A DNA stretch of 64,000 nt, from contig JARFYF010000012.1 of assembly GCA_030265395.1 (NCBI GenBank), positions 29,752,394-29,816,393 of the forward strand, read 5' to 3'. A program made the position numbers and the translations under genes. This DNA comes from Rhina ancylostomus (taxonomy: Eukaryota). Shown piece by piece: positions 1-13,924 of this stretch. Within the stretch, counting starts at the first letter, position 1. Every line of letters starts with the position of its first letter. The notes under the pieces are model-generated. The model was not told where the DNA came from. It ran no database searches and worked only from the letters and a program-made list of their open reading frames with translations.

Positions 1-67
1 TGAAGTTTTAGTTGCAATTTTCTTATTAAAGTAAAATTCAGAATAAACATTGTCCACAATTCCATAG

Positions 68-198
68 GTGTTCTTGCAATGGAAGCATTACATCGACAAG
101 TACTTCCTTTCTTGCTACGCAGAATGAAGGAAGATGTCCTTCAGGATCTTCCACCCAAGATAATACAAGACTATTACTGCAATCTCAGTACTTTACAG
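68..198 (+). CDS. BTAF1: BTAF1 (TBP-associated factor 172 / Mot1 SNF2 ATPase) internal coding exon
   Basis: AG acceptor at 66-67, GT donor at 199-200. Encodes (G)VLAMEALHRQVLPFLLRRMKEDVLQDLPPKIIQDYYCNLSTLQ, the SNF2-family PFLLRR.K..V...LPPK motif as in BTAF1. Confidence 0.97.
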
Positions 199-1269
199 GT
201 ATGTTGTAATATCATGAAGAAAGCTCCAACAAAATCCCTGAGCCTAGAAACTCATGTAATTATTTTTGTGTGCCGTATGATTGTAACATACAGAAATGCA
301 GTTGCTAAATCTGTTCAGGTACTTTGAATGGAGGTAGTGCATTTACAATATTTTTTTCTGGGCCTTCTATTTGTTTCACATATACGTGCATGGAGGGCAA
401 TGGGAAGACATAGTGATACCAAGTTGCAACAACACTTAGGCATCACTTGCACAAAATTTTTCCACAATCATCAATTTTCTCACAAAACAAATCAAACTTA
501 ACTGGAATTATTTGAACAGGGGCTGACTGAACCTATCTACTACCAGGAAATCCTATAGTCTTCCACATAGATTCTATTGTGTGTGGTTTGGATTCAGGTT
601 AAGAAATGTAGCATAATGAAGGTAGTGGTATTCAACATTTACATGGGGAAGGCAGTTTGGCCGAATGAGAGAGTGGTGTCTTCGCTCCACCTTCTTCTTT
701 TCTGCCCTTCCGAGCTTCCACTCTTTTTTTCCCCCAAACAAACCAAGCTATCCCCGTACCATAGCTGATGTGATCAGTGGCCCCTATTTGCCTCCATGTA
801 TGTTGGTCTTTCCCCTAATCCTCCCCCAAACTTTACTGCCTCTTGGGCCTTTCTTCACCCCTTCCCCAATGGTTTTCACTTTGACTGACTTCCTCTACTT
901 CAGATGAAGAAAGGCCTTTGTACACAGTGTCAGTGGCCTGTTCTATAATTGCTCAGAGGATTGCACAAGTTTGGCATAGGCATGCAGAGTTGTCTTAATA
1001 CTCCTTTGTAGGCACTGCATAATTTATAACTTATAATTTTCTTGCTTTGGCAATTTTAATATTAATCAACTTTAATCAAATAAACAGTAGAAAGATTATG
1101 AAATTCAATAATTTTTTTTAGAAAGTTAAGTATTATAAATAATTCTATTTTAGAAAAAAATATTTCCTTGAAATGACCTTCTAACTGGGAATGTTCCAAT
1201 AGACAAATTTGATAGATGAATGATTTTGTTCCTTGTGAGCATTGAGATGGTTGAACATTTTATTTATAG

Positions 1270-1395
1270 GTACAGCTATATGAAGATTTTGCCAAATCTC
1301 GTGCTAAGTGTGATGTTGATGAAACAATATCTTCAAGTGCAATCACAGAAGAAAATGAGAAACCTAAACTGAAAGCCACTGGGCATGTATTTCAG
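1270..1395 (+). CDS. BTAF1: BTAF1 coding exon
   Basis: tttatag|GTA...CAG|gtaaat, 126 nt, phase 0-0. Encodes VQLYEDFAKSRAKCDVDETISSSAITEENEKPKLKATGHVFQ. Not in the ORF track. Confidence 0.96.
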
Positions 1396-2059
1396 GTAAA
1401 TATTGTTTTTCTGAGATCCTGTCAAGCTCTTGACACCAGTTGTGCTTGAGATTAGTATTATATTGCTCCAGTTCTGAAAGCAAGAAAGCTCAATGCTTTG
1501 CTTATAGCTTGCCAATTTTTATTAGTTCTGGGTTACTAAATCACTGATGGAAGTTGCAGATGGAAGGTTTGAAATTACAAGTGGAAGATTTTTCATCCTA
1601 TCTTAACCACAGGGTATTCAGTTCCTGATATGATGAATTCATGATTTAAAAAGTGTGGCATTAGATTTTGTCAAGCTGTTTAATTTTAAATTGTAAATTT
1701 GCACATTTGAAATTTGTTATTTCATTTTTAATAAATACATGTCATGTGCATTTATTGCCAGACAGGCTTGGATTCAAGGTAAGAAATGTAACACACAATG
1801 AAGGAAATGATTATTGGACATATACCCAGGAGAAGATTAGTTTGCTAAAGGGAAGGTGAAGTACGATGGTAAAACACTACACACAGAATGATTGAGGTTA
1901 GACGTGTTGAAGTCAAGAGGCAGAAAGTGAGCAGATGTGTTCAACAGATTTAGACAGGATGAGATACATTTTTTATGGCTGAACCCATTATCAATAATGT
2001 TGGCGTTTAACCTTTTATTCTGATGATTTTGGCAAAGTAAGTCACCGCACTCACAAGTT

Positions 2060-2700
2060 ATTCTCTAGCTAAATAAGACATCACTACTTCAGAATCTTAT
2101 TCAAAGCTAATCCTGGTCTCTGGCTTCATCTCCTCTGATCAGAAGGATTGGCTTCTATCTCCATAGCACTGCCTGTCTCCATCCCACTCTGCCCATCTGC
2201 TGCTGACACTTTCATCCATTCCTGTATCATCTATGGATTCTGCTGTTTCATTGTCTTGGCTAGCCTCTCATCCTCCATCATTTGTAAGCTCAGTAGAATC
2301 TTAGCTAAAATTTCAACTTGTGCATTGTCTTCAATGAATTATATGGGCTGATACTCCCTCAAATTTAACGTTCTCCTTCTATTCAAATCAAAATATAGTC
2401 TTAGCCCCTCCTCATCTCTGTAACCTCCTCTGGTGCCAAAGTTCATATCCACATGCTCACTATTCTTATGACTCTTATCCCGTTGTACACTCTTCCACTT
2501 TTGGCAGACACTTAACCATGATACAGAAATTCCTTCCTAAACACCTGCATTTTTCTGCTCCTTTGAGATTGTCCTGTAAACATAACTCTTTGACCAGGCT
2601 TTTTGTTTTCTCAACATGATCTATTTGTTATCTTATTTGCAACGTGATCAGGGTCATTTTTACTTACCAAAGGTGATGTAAAAGTGCTTTGAATCTCAGT
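2060..2700 (+). mobile_element. Old L2-like LINE 3' remnant
   Basis: Pyrimidine-rich degenerate sequence resembling an L2 ORF2 C-terminus and 3' end. Heavily decayed, boundaries approximate. Confidence 0.4.
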
Positions 2701-3305
2701 TGAATAGAGAGGAAATAGAAATTGAAGGTTTGGGCATGGTAGTTGTTTCTGGCTGAATAAAACTTGTGCACAATGGGAGCATTACATGAGGAAAACATAG
2801 CATTTTCTATTTTGCCCCAGCATCAGTCTTGGGAAATTCAATTGCTAAAGGCCTGGGAAGCAAGATGTATAGTTTGACTGTTTTTCAAAACACCCAAGAA
2901 TAGGGGCCAGCAGGTCTATGGGTGGCAGGAGGATTGAGGCAATAAATATGAATTGTCCAAGGGAGAAGGCATTATGAACCATTGATAGGTGAGGACAAGC
3001 AGGACAAGTTGCATGTAAAACATTGGGAGCTGTGTGGAGAGATTCATGAGGTTAGTGGTGCCTAAAAGTATAATGCTTTAATATCAATTAATTTATAAGC
3101 TGAATGGAAAGCATGAAGTCAATATATTTTACAGTTTAGAAATTGTTCATAATATTGTATCACCTTTTAAGCTGAGGAAATAACTTCCATTAGAGAGAAA
3201 ATAATTCCTAGAAGCCAAAGACAAACTACTGCATGAAGATTTTGATCATTAACAATCAATGGAAAATCAACTGGATGTTTTTTTTTGTTATTCCTTTGTT
3301 TCTAG

Positions 3306-3458
3306 GCTTTACAGTATTTGAGGAAACTTTGCAATCATCCTGCACTAGTACTGACTCCACAACATCCAGAATTCCAGCATATTAAGGAGCAGCTCGCTGC
3401 TCAGAATTCATCTCTGCATGATATCCAGCATGCTCCAAAGCTCTCTGCCTTAAAGCAG
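3306..3458 (+). CDS. BTAF1: BTAF1 coding exon
   Basis: tttctag|GCT...CAG|gtact, 153 nt. Encodes ALQYLRKLCNHPALVLTPQHPEFQHIKEQLAAQNSSLHDIQHAPKLSALKQ (LRKLCNHP motif). Confidence 0.96.
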
Positions 3459-4203
3459 GTACTCTTTCAACTTTAGTATATTTTTCCTTTTGTGTTCATT
3501 TCATTGTTTTTGGCGACAATTATTGTTCTACACCAATTTGAATTATTTTACATTACATTTGCAATTATAAATATTTTAGTAATATTTATTCATTTTAAAA
3601 GCTTGAGCATGTGCAAGTTGTTCTAAAAGTTGTATAATGATGGCTGCATACAAGACCTGTTCATCCCCTCACAGGTTGATTGTGTTGCTGAGAGGTGAGG
3701 GGGACTTGGACACCAAGAGGAAAGTAAAGTGTATGGAGAATACACTTTCCTGTTGAGTACCTGATGTTAACAATAACTATTAGACTAAATTATCTTGTAA
3801 GAGGAGGAATAACATAGCTTCCTTGATTATAAAAGCATTTTTACTAAAACTTGATGTAGTGAATTGGAAAATTTGATTACTTTCTATATTTTAGATCAAG
3901 TTGCATACAAGAAACTGCCCACCATCCCTCTCGCTTCCCGACCTAAGTTAGTTGTGAAATTGGTATTGGGTGCTACAATATTGTTATTTTGATTAATCAT
4001 CAGGTGGTACTCTATAAGTGGCACCAACCTTGCCAGTTTTTCATAGGATTGCATGGCAGCATGCAAATGTAAACGAAAAAACAGAACCGTAAGATTTTAC
4101 TGCCCAAGTCAAATGAATTTAAAAGAATAAAGGTTAAAGATTTTGAGAACTTCCTGTGGCCAAGTTAAAGTAAAAAAAAAATCTTCCTTTTTTTTTCCTC
4201 AAG

Positions 4204-4415
4204 CTGCTTCTTGATTGTGGACTTGGGAACAGTGCAGCATCAGAAAATGGCACTGAATCTGTTGTAGCTCAACACAGAGTTCTTATTTTCTGTCAACTGA
4301 AGAGCATGTTGGACATTGTAGAACATGACTTGCTGAAACCTCAGATCCCAAGTATCACTTACTTAAGATTGGATGGTAGTGTTCCTGCAGGTCAACGACA
4401 TTCCATTGTGGCAAG
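4204..4415 (+). CDS. BTAF1: BTAF1 coding exon (start of helicase C domain)
   Basis: Poly-T tract then caag|CTG...AG|gtaggc. Encodes LLLDCGLGNSAASENGTESVVAQHRVLIFCQLKSMLDIVEHDLLKPQIPSITYLRLDGSVPAGQRHSIVA(R). Confidence 0.96.
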
Positions 4416-5124
4416 GTAGGCAAGATATCTAATAGCTAATGATTGCACTAATAGTCCGTCGAAGAGCTCCCATGGCTTAGTGATTAAGTGCCATGTGCCC
4501 TGCAGGAGACAACATTGATCAGAAGACTTTGCCACCTGGTCTATGAAAGATTTTAGCCATGATCTTGAGCTAGATTATTACATTTAGTTTCTGCAAGGAA
4601 GAAAATGGTGAATATTTTCGTTTATAGCCTCTGGTTCCTGTATGGGGGAGAAAGTGCGTGTCTCTCAGTAGCAAGACATAGCATTCTTGAGCTTCATGCA
4701 CAAAAAAGTGGATACTTGTGTCTGGTATCAAAGGACTGCTGGAGCTTTTAGAGGCATTCACCAGCAAATGTCACCGCTTTGACAAGTAAGGAAAGAATCA
4801 CTGAATAAGTGTTTTGAAACAATTCACCTCCAGCAGTCTAGAATACAATTTAATTACATCAACAATGTTACTTGTGTGGAGTCTCTTTTCCAGACATCTA
4901 GACTATATCTCCTGCTGGATACATGGAACAAAGTGCTTTCATACAAAGGTTTGCATAGATTGACCAGTGGTAGTTTTGGGCACTCTGTCACAAGCTGCCA
5001 CTCAAACTAAAATTATTTAAAAAAACAACTTGTTCACAGGCATTATCATTACACAGCAAAGTATGAGCAAATATTTATAAACTGTTGAATCTATTAACAT
5101 GACAACCAATTACAGACACTAAGA

Positions 5125-5410
5125 TAACAGTGGCCATGCCACTTCCTGCCTCAGTTTCGCCGCTTCAGGTTTGATTATGACTTTGGGTGCTTTCTGTGTG
5201 GAGTTTGCAAGTTTCTCCTTGTGATCATGTGGGTTCCTGCTGGTTGCTCCAGTTTCTCATATACTAAAGATGTGGTGGTTAAGTTATTTAGCTGCTGTGA
5301 AATATCCCTAGTACAGGTGGCTAATGGGAGTATGGTGGGGTGGTAGTAGGCAAATGAGAGAATAGGTTACAAGGAAAATCAATTGAAGGAATGGGTTTGA
5401 CAGAAAATAT
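5125..5410 (+). mobile_element. HE1/V-SINE-like tRNA-derived SINE (degenerate)
   Basis: B-box-like ggtttgatt followed by the V-domain-like tgtgtggagtttgca..ttctcc..gtga.c..gtgggtt..c, shared with the copies at 43515 and 46553. Confidence 0.65.
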
Positions 5411-5619
5411 GATATGAAAAAAGAGGAAATAACCCAAAATTTTCTGCCAACAGCAACCTGCTTGTTGGCTAATTATTCAATAAGTTCACATTTTTTTAGC
5501 AGATTCCCTGGGGCTACATCCTGCAAAGTACAAGCCCAATCCTAAATAAAGTGGCTGTGCATGCTGACAAGATTTGCATATGCATATAAATCTTGAGATG
5601 TGAGTTTTTGGAATTGTCT

Positions 5620-5800
5620 TATATAAAGGACAGTGGAAGCAGAGTCTTTGCATATTTTCAAGGTAGAGGTAGGTAGATGAACAGTTAACACCAGTGGAAG
5701 GGAATATGGAGTCAAGGTTGCAATCAGATTAGCCATGATCTTACTAAATGGCAGAGCAGGCTTGAGGGGCTGAATGACCTATTCCTTCTAATTCACATGT
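5620..5800 (+). mobile_element. CR1-type LINE 3' end fragment
   Basis: gtggaagcagagtc...gggaatatgga...gatcttactaaatggcagagcaggcttgaggggctgaatgacctattcct resembles the 3' ends of the larger CR1 copies in this window. Confidence 0.65.
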
Positions 5801-6210
5801 ATAAATCCTTTCATGTTGAGGGTTGCAGGAGTGTCCATGAAGCAGATGAAGAAAGTTCTGACAGCAGCTGGCTTAAGTAACTAAGAACTGTTAAGAAAAA
5901 TGAATTTTTCTGAATGTCTGGCATTTGAAAATGTTTAAAACTTTTTAAAATCAACCAAAAATGCTATATAAATTAGAAACTCAGTTCAACTAACTATTGG
6001 AGCTCTGTGAGTAAAAGCTGATAAATAGCTGTGAGCAGCTTTGGCCATTCAGATTCGCACACGCTGGCATTCATATGGAAAACTCCTGGCAATCCCATAT
6101 GGAACTGTCAGCACTTTCCCCTAAAATCAGAGCCAAAGCATTCCTAAAATTGTATTACATTTTGCCTGTTAACCAAAAATTATGTGAAGTTATTGTGATT
6201 TTACTTCTGA

Positions 6211-6534
<324 letters not shown>

Positions 6535-7654
6535 TAAGGCTTAAGAATTAATTTTTATGCCCAGGTTGAGAATAATTAATTCTCAGGACCACATTTTGAA
6601 GGGATGTCAATAACAATTGATGTATAACCTGTTCTAGTAAACAAGAATGTATTTACATACTTTTTTAAAATTTTTACTTGAAATGCCTTCATATGTCCTT
6701 GTAAGAATTGGAGTGATCTACCATTTTGAATTTGTGCAGTCTTGTGAAGGAAGCCTTTCCAGTGTTATGTTGGATAACAATAAAGTAAGAAGTCAGAAAA
6801 GTGTACAACTTGAAGGGGGAATTACAGATTTTGATTCCATGCTTCTGCTATCCTTGTGCCTCTGGTGGTATGTCTATATTTGGAGTTCATTTTGCAGCTG
6901 CTATGCATTCAACAATGGTGTCCCAGGGAGGGAAGGAATGAATATTTAAGGTATAGTTGCATCACACGAGTCCTAAACCATGCATACTTCTACAACTCTG
7001 ACATGGAAAGTGATCACCAGAGAACGTACAGAAAATGCCTCCCGGGTAATCGCAAAGCCTCTTGGGGGGGGGGGGGGGGGGGGCGGGCGGGGGTGGGGGG
7101 NNNNNATTGCTGGCCAATGATAGCTCAGAATAGAGGAGGAATACCAGGAATGCACCTGAGTACATTGAATCTCTTCGCTAGAGGAAAGGAAACCTAGCAG
7201 AAAGAGCATTGCATCTACCACCTACCCAGCCACGCACTGTGAAAGAGCCTGAGAGACGTGCTTCACGAGCCAACTCGCAGCTCACATAGCTGGAGTTTGA
7301 AGGCAAGTCATCCTCAAGACCGAGGAACTGCTTAAGAAGGTGGAGGTCATGATGGTAGCTGAGCATTCACAGGGAATGCAACAATCAAGCCACATATTTC
7401 TACAGCATGTACAAGATCTGCAACAAATGTGATATGTAGGATTTATATGTGTCAATTTTTGCATATTTTTCATCTTCTGGGTTGAATATGTGAACACACA
7501 TCAGTAACCTTTAGTTATGCATTTTTGTTTTGGATGATTTTGGGGGGAAATCATAACCCCTCTTGCGCCTTCATTGCACGTTCCCCTGCCATGTGAAGAG
7601 CAGAAGCCCATAGTTTGGGTGACCCTAATTTACACACATTAATTATTTATTAAG

Positions 7655-7800
7655 ACACAAGAGATTGCAGTGTGTCAGGCAGAATCTTTAGAGGGACAGT
7701 TGAAGTTTCAGGTCAAGACCCTTCACCTGGACTGGGAGAGTAGAGGGGAGGTAGCCAGTATAAAGAGGGGAGAGGTGGAACTCCTCTCCCAGTAGAGGGG
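7655..7800 (-). mobile_element. Penelope-like element terminal fragment with degenerate hammerhead motif
   Basis: Reverse complement reads tttatactggctacctcccctctactctccCAGTCCAGGTGAAGGGTCTTGACCTGAAACTTCAACTG, closely similar to the copy at 15700-15920. Confidence 0.7.
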
Positions 7801-8089
7801 AGAGGGTTTTTGAATTTTTTTAGGAGTGGTTGATTGATTTTGTTTTTGTAATGTCCTGTCCTGTGCTGCTGCTGCAAAAAGCTAATTCTCATGGCATTTA
7901 TACCCTGGGTATGTTTGCCCATGACAATAAACTTGAACATAACTTGATTAGCCAGGGCCTGAAAGGTTATTGGTGGTAAATGGAAATGCAAAGCTGAGGT
8001 TACAATTAGATTATCCAACAAAGTTGAGCAAGCTCAATGTGCTGAGTTGCCTGCTTCTGCTCCTATGTTTATAACCTCAGTGACACTGC

Positions 8090-9130
8090 CCTGAATTTTG
8101 TAGATGTGTAAACCGTGACCATGGTGCTCTAAGGATGTAGGGGGTGAAGGATAAGGATGGTGCCAATCAATCTGGTGTCTTTATCCTGGATGGTGTCTAG
8201 CTTCTTGAGGGTTGTTGCAGTTGACAATTCGGACATGTGGAATAGATTTCATCGCACTGAAGACATGAATCTTCTAAATGGCAGTTTCTAGGGAGGCAGA
8301 AGGTGAAACTCACACTCCAGAATATGTGTCCACTGACCTGTTGGAGGTGTTATGTAGTTTATCCAGTTATTTCCAAGTTGGTTTTAACTCCCAGGGGGTT
8401 GATTTATTTGTGGCAGTAATGCTGAATGGGGTAGTTAAGCTTGTTGGTATTTTCATTGCCCGACACTTGTATGGCACAAATGTCATTTGCGACCAAATAG
8501 TCTGTGATTGAATGTTGTCCAGCCAGTCCTGCATACAGGCACAAACAACCTTTTTATCTAAGCAATTACAAATAGAGCAGAAAGTTCTGCAGCCATCAAT
8601 TAAAAGAACCACTTGCAACACACAATGGAGAACATCTCATTGAAGCAGTGTATGATTGGACTTAAAAGCTACTAGATGACTTTGCGATAATTGGCTTCCC
8701 ATAGCCACCACTACCCTATTTTGTGTTAGCTGTAACTTAAAGCAGCGGAGAATCTCCTAAACATTTTATTTTATTAATGCTCCTTGCTCACCTTCTATCT
8801 TCATGACAAAACTATCACTCTTCCTCATTATCTGAACTTAGCCCAAGCGTGGACAGAAGTTCTAAGTCTATAATTAAGGCCAGAGCAGAGTGGTCCTAGT
8901 GAAACCAAAACTGAACATTAATGAGCAAATTATTAGCAAGTGCCAATTGATAGCAATGTCATTGACACCTTCCATCACTGCTAATAGATTGAGAGTAGAC
9001 TGGGGTGGCAATTAGCTAGATTGACATTAATCTGTTCTTTGGGCACAACATACCTGGACAACTTTTCACATTTTCTGGTAGACACCTGTGTTGAAGCTCT
9101 GCTGGATCAATTTGTCTGGGGTACAGCACA
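8090..9130 (-). mobile_element. Degenerate LINE remnant, family uncertain
   Basis: Shares blocks with 31330-32100 and 42720-43275 (e.g. tgttgcag/gagctgca, ctgaat.ttgtcc, cattaatgagca..ttatt). Confidence 0.5.
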
Positions 9131-10703
9131 AGCATTTGCCAACAAAGGATCTTGTTAAGGTTCATAGGTTGGGAATTCCCAAGCACCCATGTTTTTTTTA
9201 TATATACACTCAGTGTGTTGACTGAAAACTGGGAAAATGGAGGTGACCTCATGATATGAAAGATTTGCGCAGTATTTTTGGCTCAAGACCTAAAATACTT
9301 GTACAACATTAAAGATTAAAGTACTTCTCGATCTCAATGTATTGCCCTTGAGAGGTAGAGTTAATCTTTTAATTTTCTCTTGTTTCCAACTATGATCATT
9401 GGCCAATATGAATGAACTTTACTTGACATCTTAATGAGTTTGCATTCCTGTAGTTGGTCAACTAATTGTAGTCAAAATTCTTCTAATTCCACCCCATTGT
9501 ACTAAGAGTTATGAGGTGTCACTTGCATTAGCTACTGATAATTCTGTTGTATAAAATGTACCTTGTTAACTGAGTGAATCACATCACAGTGCCCCATCTT
9601 ATAGGTTTCATTTGTAATATTTCAGGAATTTAAAAGGATTTCTTCCATACTCTAAGTACTTAGACTTAAGGTACTGTATTATTAACAAAATCTGTCTGTA
9701 TTGGTTTATAATTTCCCTCCCTAAATTTAAACAGGGAAGCACTGACATGATCAACCTCTTTTGCTGTGCTATGTTGAGTCCAGAGTGTTGTAGGGCCAGG
9801 TTAGATGGCCAGATGAAAGTTAATTACAAGAGGAGTTTGAAGGGCATACAGAAGTTTATTTTTGAAGGACAATTCCAAAGGTTCAGTTATTAAAATAAGT
9901 TTTGACTGACTAAAAACTGTTATGGGTTATAATGAGTCATTAGTTCTATCAGTCAAGGCTGGATTCCAACTCAACTCAAAAGTTGTAGGTCAGAACAGAA
10001 AATTAATCACAGTTCCTTCCTCAATATGAAGTCAACTGGCACCAAGATTCCCCATAATTTTTGCAATTTATCATAAATTTTAATGTTCTTAACTCCAGAA
10101 CCAATATTTTATATTGGAACATTGGCAGAGTAATATTCAGTTTTTCAGAGGACTTCTGTTGATTTGGCTTCAGCCCACAATCTTTTGTTACAAGGATTAG
10201 TGTGCCCTACTTCTGCTGCCTGAGTATCCTTGGCTGATTCAGACTTATGTGATTTGTTCTTTGTGACTTGCATGTTAATTTGAATGTGTTGACTTAGAAA
10301 TCTGTCAAAAAGATTTAAAAACAAAACACTCAAGTCATTCTGGATCTGTGAAGTTAATATTTCAGGTGCAGCCTCTTTAATATTTTAAGGTATTTTAGAT
10401 AACCAACGTAAAATAAATAAAGTGAAGAAGTAAGTCAAGTTTCATACATTGAGGGAAGCAACTGAAACACTTGTAAGGTGCTCAAATGGAAAACAAGGTT
10501 CATTTAATTGGTGATATATATGAGACAGTACAAACATACGGAGAGAAATTCAACATCTGCAAGACACTAGTTTTGAACAGGCAGGTTAGGATGGGGAAGT
10601 GAGCGTGTCAAGCAAATAGAAGCATTGAAGACTGCCAATCTAGTGCAAGCCAGCCTAGAATGAAAAGGTGTTGATTATGTAACCATTTTCTTTATCTCCC
10701 CAG

Positions 10704-10874
10704 AAACGTGTTGTTAATATTTATCGATTAATAACAAGAGGAACCTTAGAAGAGAAAATCATGGGATTGCAGAAGTTTAAAATGAGCATTGCAAATACCG
10801 TTATTAGTCAAGAGAATGCAAGCTTGCAGAGCATGGGGACAGATCAGCTTCTGGATTTATTCACTCTTGATAAG
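10704..10874 (+). CDS. BTAF1: BTAF1 coding exon
   Basis: tctccccag|AAA...AAG|gtaatg, 171 nt. Encodes KRVVNIYRLITRGTLEEKIMGLQKFKMSIANTVISQENASLQSMGTDQLLDLFTLDK. Confidence 0.96.
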
Positions 10875-12458
10875 GTAATGTGGAAAAATTATTAAATTCT
10901 TTTCTCCAAACATATGCTTATTACTTGTTTAAAGGCAAAAGAGAACATGTACAAAATATATTGTTAAATTATTCATAATATATATCAGATTTTCTTTGCA
11001 TCAAAATAAATTTTATCACTTGCATGGATATGTCAAATTAGTTTGCTTTGTGCATCCATTAGTGTGTGATGTTCCCTGTGTATCATGAAGCAGTCCTAGA
11101 AATGCAAGCACTGTTTATTCACATTAGCCTACAGTTTGCTTGCACTTAATCCTAACAAACCATTCAGTCAAAAGTATGAATTTCCAAAACAAAATCACTT
11201 AATACTTGGAGATCCTTTAAGCCTGATGTTGTTATCTCCATACTAGTTTAATGCCTTCTTCCTCTGATGCTTGTGTGCTCAGTGAATTCAAATGAAACAA
11301 ACATTAAATCTTTCAATTTAGTTAAATGCTTTATTAATGTTTTATGGAGTCCATGTATACCTGGCTGGAGTCCATGTATGTTGAAGCTGTGGACTAACCC
11401 TCATCCATAAATATTTCCATTCATGACATTACTAAAGATCTTTACATTGAGGTGCCTGTAGATTCTTGAATGAGCAGTATTTATGCTGTGGTTTTTTTTT
11501 TCCCCCAAATGGTATACAGACTACATGTTGAATGTAAAGAATATCCAGGTTTTCCTTTTCCATCAATCTGTATGTTGTGAATTTGGAAAGGAGTTAGAAC
11601 CCATAATATTAATGTACTACCGCATGAATCCCGAGAACCTCTGTCAAGGCAGTTAACCGTGGCTTTTTGAGTGTTCTTGTATCTTAGCACCACTTTCAGC
11701 AAAACCAAAGTAGCAGCTTTTCCAAAATATTCACTACCTAGAAGGGTTAAAGTCAATAAGAGTTTATAATTTAAGAATCGTACTTATTATTCCACCTCAA
11801 ATGAACACGAGTAGAAATCTGTCAGTAATGGTATGTGTTCAGAAAAAATATATCGGTTTATTGTGAGGGAAAAGATTGAACTTTTAATGCTAGTTTTAAT
11901 GGGAGCATTGTATCTCCACTGAGTTCATTTTGAAAACTGACCTGTAGTCATTGCTATCCCATGAAATAGTATGACATGAATCAAGACTGATGCTTTCTGC
12001 TCAAGGGTTTCAACCCAAAACATCAACAATTCCTATCCCTGCACCCCCCCCCCCCCCCCACCCCNNNNNNNNNNNNNNNNNNNNNNNNNNNNNNNNNNNN
12101 NNNNNNNAATTGTTTGTTACTCCAGAAAGCACCTTTTTGTCTTTGGAAAACTGATGTGCCTGAGGGGAAGCACATAACACACATGAAAATGTGTGCATGT
12201 AATTTTAGGTATCTAGTGCTTAGAACTCTAATTGTAACAACTATAACTGGGGTTATATTTGGGTGAAAATGTGAAAACAGCACTAAATGGGTGCTATGCT
12301 AATGAGGCATCTTCATTTTAAAAAAAGTCTGGTTTTTGCTTGCACTTTTGATCATAATTCTCGTCAGTCCTCTGCAGGCAAATTAAAATAGGGTTACTTA
12401 AAAGTTTAGCATTCCATCATTGTTAGGCACGATTTTCATGGAGAAGCACACATGGCCT

Positions 12459-12483
12459 CCACTCTCACTCTCACTCTCACTCT
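12459..12483. repeat. (CACTCT)n microsatellite
   Basis: Four tandem CACTCT units. Confidence 0.9.
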
Positions 12484-13210
12484 ATGTTTAGAGAAAGCTG
12501 GTGGATAGGTATGCCCTATCCCAGGGAGGAACAGAGTGGAAACACTGTTTGGGTTCTAGGATGCATCACTGGAGGTTCTGGTGTGGGCACTCCAGATAGG
12601 GAAGAGTATCCTGTATTCACAGGGGGAAAAGATTGCACTTCTCTCCCTCCAGCCATTGTTATTGCTGCTGGACCTAGCCTTCCTTTTCTCCTGCAGGCCA
12701 GTCACTAAGCTGCAAATGACTAAACACTCCCTTTTCTCCTGGTGATTTCTATTAGGTGAGAAATAAAAAGGTGCTGTACTTATATGGAGAAAAAGTCTTT
12801 AGTAACAGACAACAAACTTGTCAGTTGCTCACTGCTCAAAGAGGGTATAATGCACATTACTAGCTATCAGACTGGCTTCTTTAATGATTGCCACTTAAAT
12901 CACCTGCTGGTGATCAGCATACTGTTTGTAGCACATGCTTCAGCTCAAGCCAAGATGTGTTATGGAACACAGTTTAAGTCACCATTTCTGCTTATAATTT
13001 CACCACCTCAGGCTATTTGGGGAAGTCTCTTTCTACAGTCAACAAAACTCTAGGTGAAACTGCAATGTACTTTTCATACATGCAACCATGGCTCATTGTT
13101 GGCTCATTAAATAACTGGGCTACTTACAGGTCATTGCTTATGTTAGAGCTGATGTGTGATTTTGATTGTGCAAAATACCTCTTTCTGATTACACTTTTTT
13201 TTACTTTAAG

Positions 13211-13351
13211 GATGGCCAAGAAAACAAGGGGTCTGGTTCCACAGAGAAGTCATCTGTAAAGGCAATCTTGGAAAACCTTGGAGAACTTTGGGATCAACAA
13301 CAATATGACACAGAATATAATTTGGATAATTTCATGCATTCACTAAAATAA
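13211..13351 (+). CDS. BTAF1: BTAF1 terminal coding exon
   Basis: ttactttaag|GAT. Encodes DGQENKGSGSTEKSSVKAILENLGELWDQQQYDTEYNLDNFMHSLK, then TAA. Matches the BTAF1/Mot1 C-terminal LWD..QY..EY.L..F motif. Confidence 0.96.
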   Translation, partial: DGQENKGSGSTEKSSVKAILENLGELWDQQQYDTEYNLDNFMHSLK

Positions 13352-13872
13352 AATTACTTGGATAATCGCAGCTAAGCCATGAGCCTTTCACAAGATTTTT
13401 CTGCTGATATTCAGCAAGTTTTGAAGACAATGAAATGTTGAGAGTAATGTGTAAATACAGGCAGTTGAAAAGAGCAAGCATAAGATGGCTATTTTGGAAA
13501 CCAGTGGTTCAGAAAAAGTAGAGCAAATAGTTATCTCGGCTTAGTTTGCACAGTTTTACATTAGACATTTATTCAGCGCAGTTATACTTGAAGCAACATT
13601 CTTAAATGTCTTAGGAAACAGAAAAATTGTTCTTAAGGAAAACGTTTTCCTATAGTTAAGGAATTATATGCCATTAAGTGACATAGTATGATACAGTAAT
13701 TTGCTGTACACAAGTGCACAACCAGAATTGATTTAAAATGTAGACCACCTCCACTTTTTCCATAGTGGAAATTGACTGATTTTTGCTGCCTATTAGTGAT
13801 GGCTTTCAGTTTACTTGCAGATGCATTGATAATTGTAGGTGTTACATAGAAATAACTTTGTACTTGAGTTGA

Positions 13873-13924
13873 AATAAAATTTCTGAAACCTCTAATCCAT
13901 GGCATTCCTTGGATCAAAAATAAA
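13873..13924 (+). terminator. Candidate BTAF1 polyadenylation signals
   Basis: AATAAA at 13873-13878 and 13919-13924, about 520-570 nt after the stop, followed by T-rich sequence. A further AATAAA is at 14095-14100. The site actually used cannot be determined from sequence. Confidence 0.5.

Noticed and set aside
7063-7106. Poly-G/poly-C runs here and at about 12043 and 60817, as possible G-quadruplexes
   Set aside because: Homopolymers abutting N gaps, so length and sequence are unreliable.
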